Shown: one piece after another, positions 63,187-64,000 of the stretch
Numbering within the stretch: the stretch's first letter is position 1
How the letters are laid out: each line of letters begins with the position of its first letter
Source of the DNA: the human T2T-CHM13v2.0 reference genome, Homo sapiens
Length of the DNA: 64,000 nt
NCBI RefSeq assembly: GCF_009914755.1
Contig: NC_060926.1
Strand: one strand, 5' to 3'
Translations under genes and position numbers: made by a program
The notes under the pieces: generated by a model
Told to the model about the DNA's origin: nothing
Seen by the model: only the letters and a program-made list of their open reading frames with translations
The model's database searches: none

Positions 63187-64000
63187 CAGTCATGTGCTGT
63201 ACAGGGATGTTCTGGTCAATAATGGATGGCATATATGGTGGTGGTCCCATAAGATTATAATGGAGCTGAAAAATTCTCATCACCTAGGTACGTACGTCTT
63301 GACGATTCTGACTCTGTGTAGGTCTAGGCTAATGTGTGTGTCTCTGTCTGCTTTTTAACAAAAAAAGTTTAGAAAGTAAAAAATAAAAACTTTTTAAATA
63401 GGAAAAAGTTTATGGAATAAGGATAGAAAAAATATTTTAATACAGCTGTACAATGTGTTTGTGTTTTAAGCTGTGTTGTTACAAAAGGGTCAAAAAGTTT
63501 TCTTTTAATTTTGAAGTTTATAAAGTAAAAAAGGTGGTACAGTAAGCTAAGGTTGATCTATTAGTGAAGAAAGAAATTTTCTAAAATAAATTTAGTGTTG
63601 CCTACGTGTAGTGTTTATAAACTCTATAGTACTCTACAGTCACATTCTAGGCCTTCACATTCACGCACCCGTCACCCACTGACTCACCCAACTTGCAGTC
63701 CTGCAAACTCCACTTACTGTAAGTGCCTCACACAGGTGTACCATTTTAAAAAATATTTCATACCTTATTTGTACTATACCTTTTCTTTTAGATATGTCTA
63801 GATATAAAAATACTTACCATTGCATTACAATTGCCTAAAATATTCTGTCCAGTAACATGCTGTACACATTTGTAGTCTAGAGCAATAGGTTATACCATAC
63901 AGCCTAGGCACGTAGTAGGCTAGAACATCTAGGTTTGTATCAGTGCATGCTATGATGTTCACATAATGACGAAATTGCCTAATGACACATTTCTCAGAAG
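63187..64000 (+). mobile_element. Tigger3b-like element, running off the window end
   Basis: 'cagtcatgtgc...ggtggtcccataagattataatggagctgaaaaattc'; 3' part homologous to the Tigger3a at 38120. Confidence 0.88.

Overview
AT-rich, CpG-depleted primate (human-like) non-coding DNA, either intronic or intergenic. I find no supportable cellular protein-coding exon, structural RNA gene, CpG island or CRISPR array. All ORFs with recognisable products derive from Alu, L1 ORF2, Tigger transposase or LTR sequence. The window holds about 15 Alu-family SINEs (including a FAM and a left/right chimeric monomer), 10 solo ERV/MaLR LTRs, a near full-length Tigger1, other Tigger/MER DNA-transposon fossils, L2/MIR remnants and two L1PA insertions. 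The best-supported observations are: (1) a twin-primed, 5'-inverted L1PA4-like insertion splitting a THE1D LTR, with both TSD sets intact; (2) an L1PA3-like copy with a probable mini 3' transduction; (3) a consensus-perfect p53 element in an MLT1H-like LTR; (4) a tight C/EBP-STAT-NF-kB motif composite; (5) several strong + strand splice signals (mini-intron, non-coding exons, a possible recursive site) alongside a 9/10 + strand LTR bias that hints at a minus-strand host gene. Repeat subfamily names come from recalled consensus sequences, not from a search. I found no convincing novel biological system.
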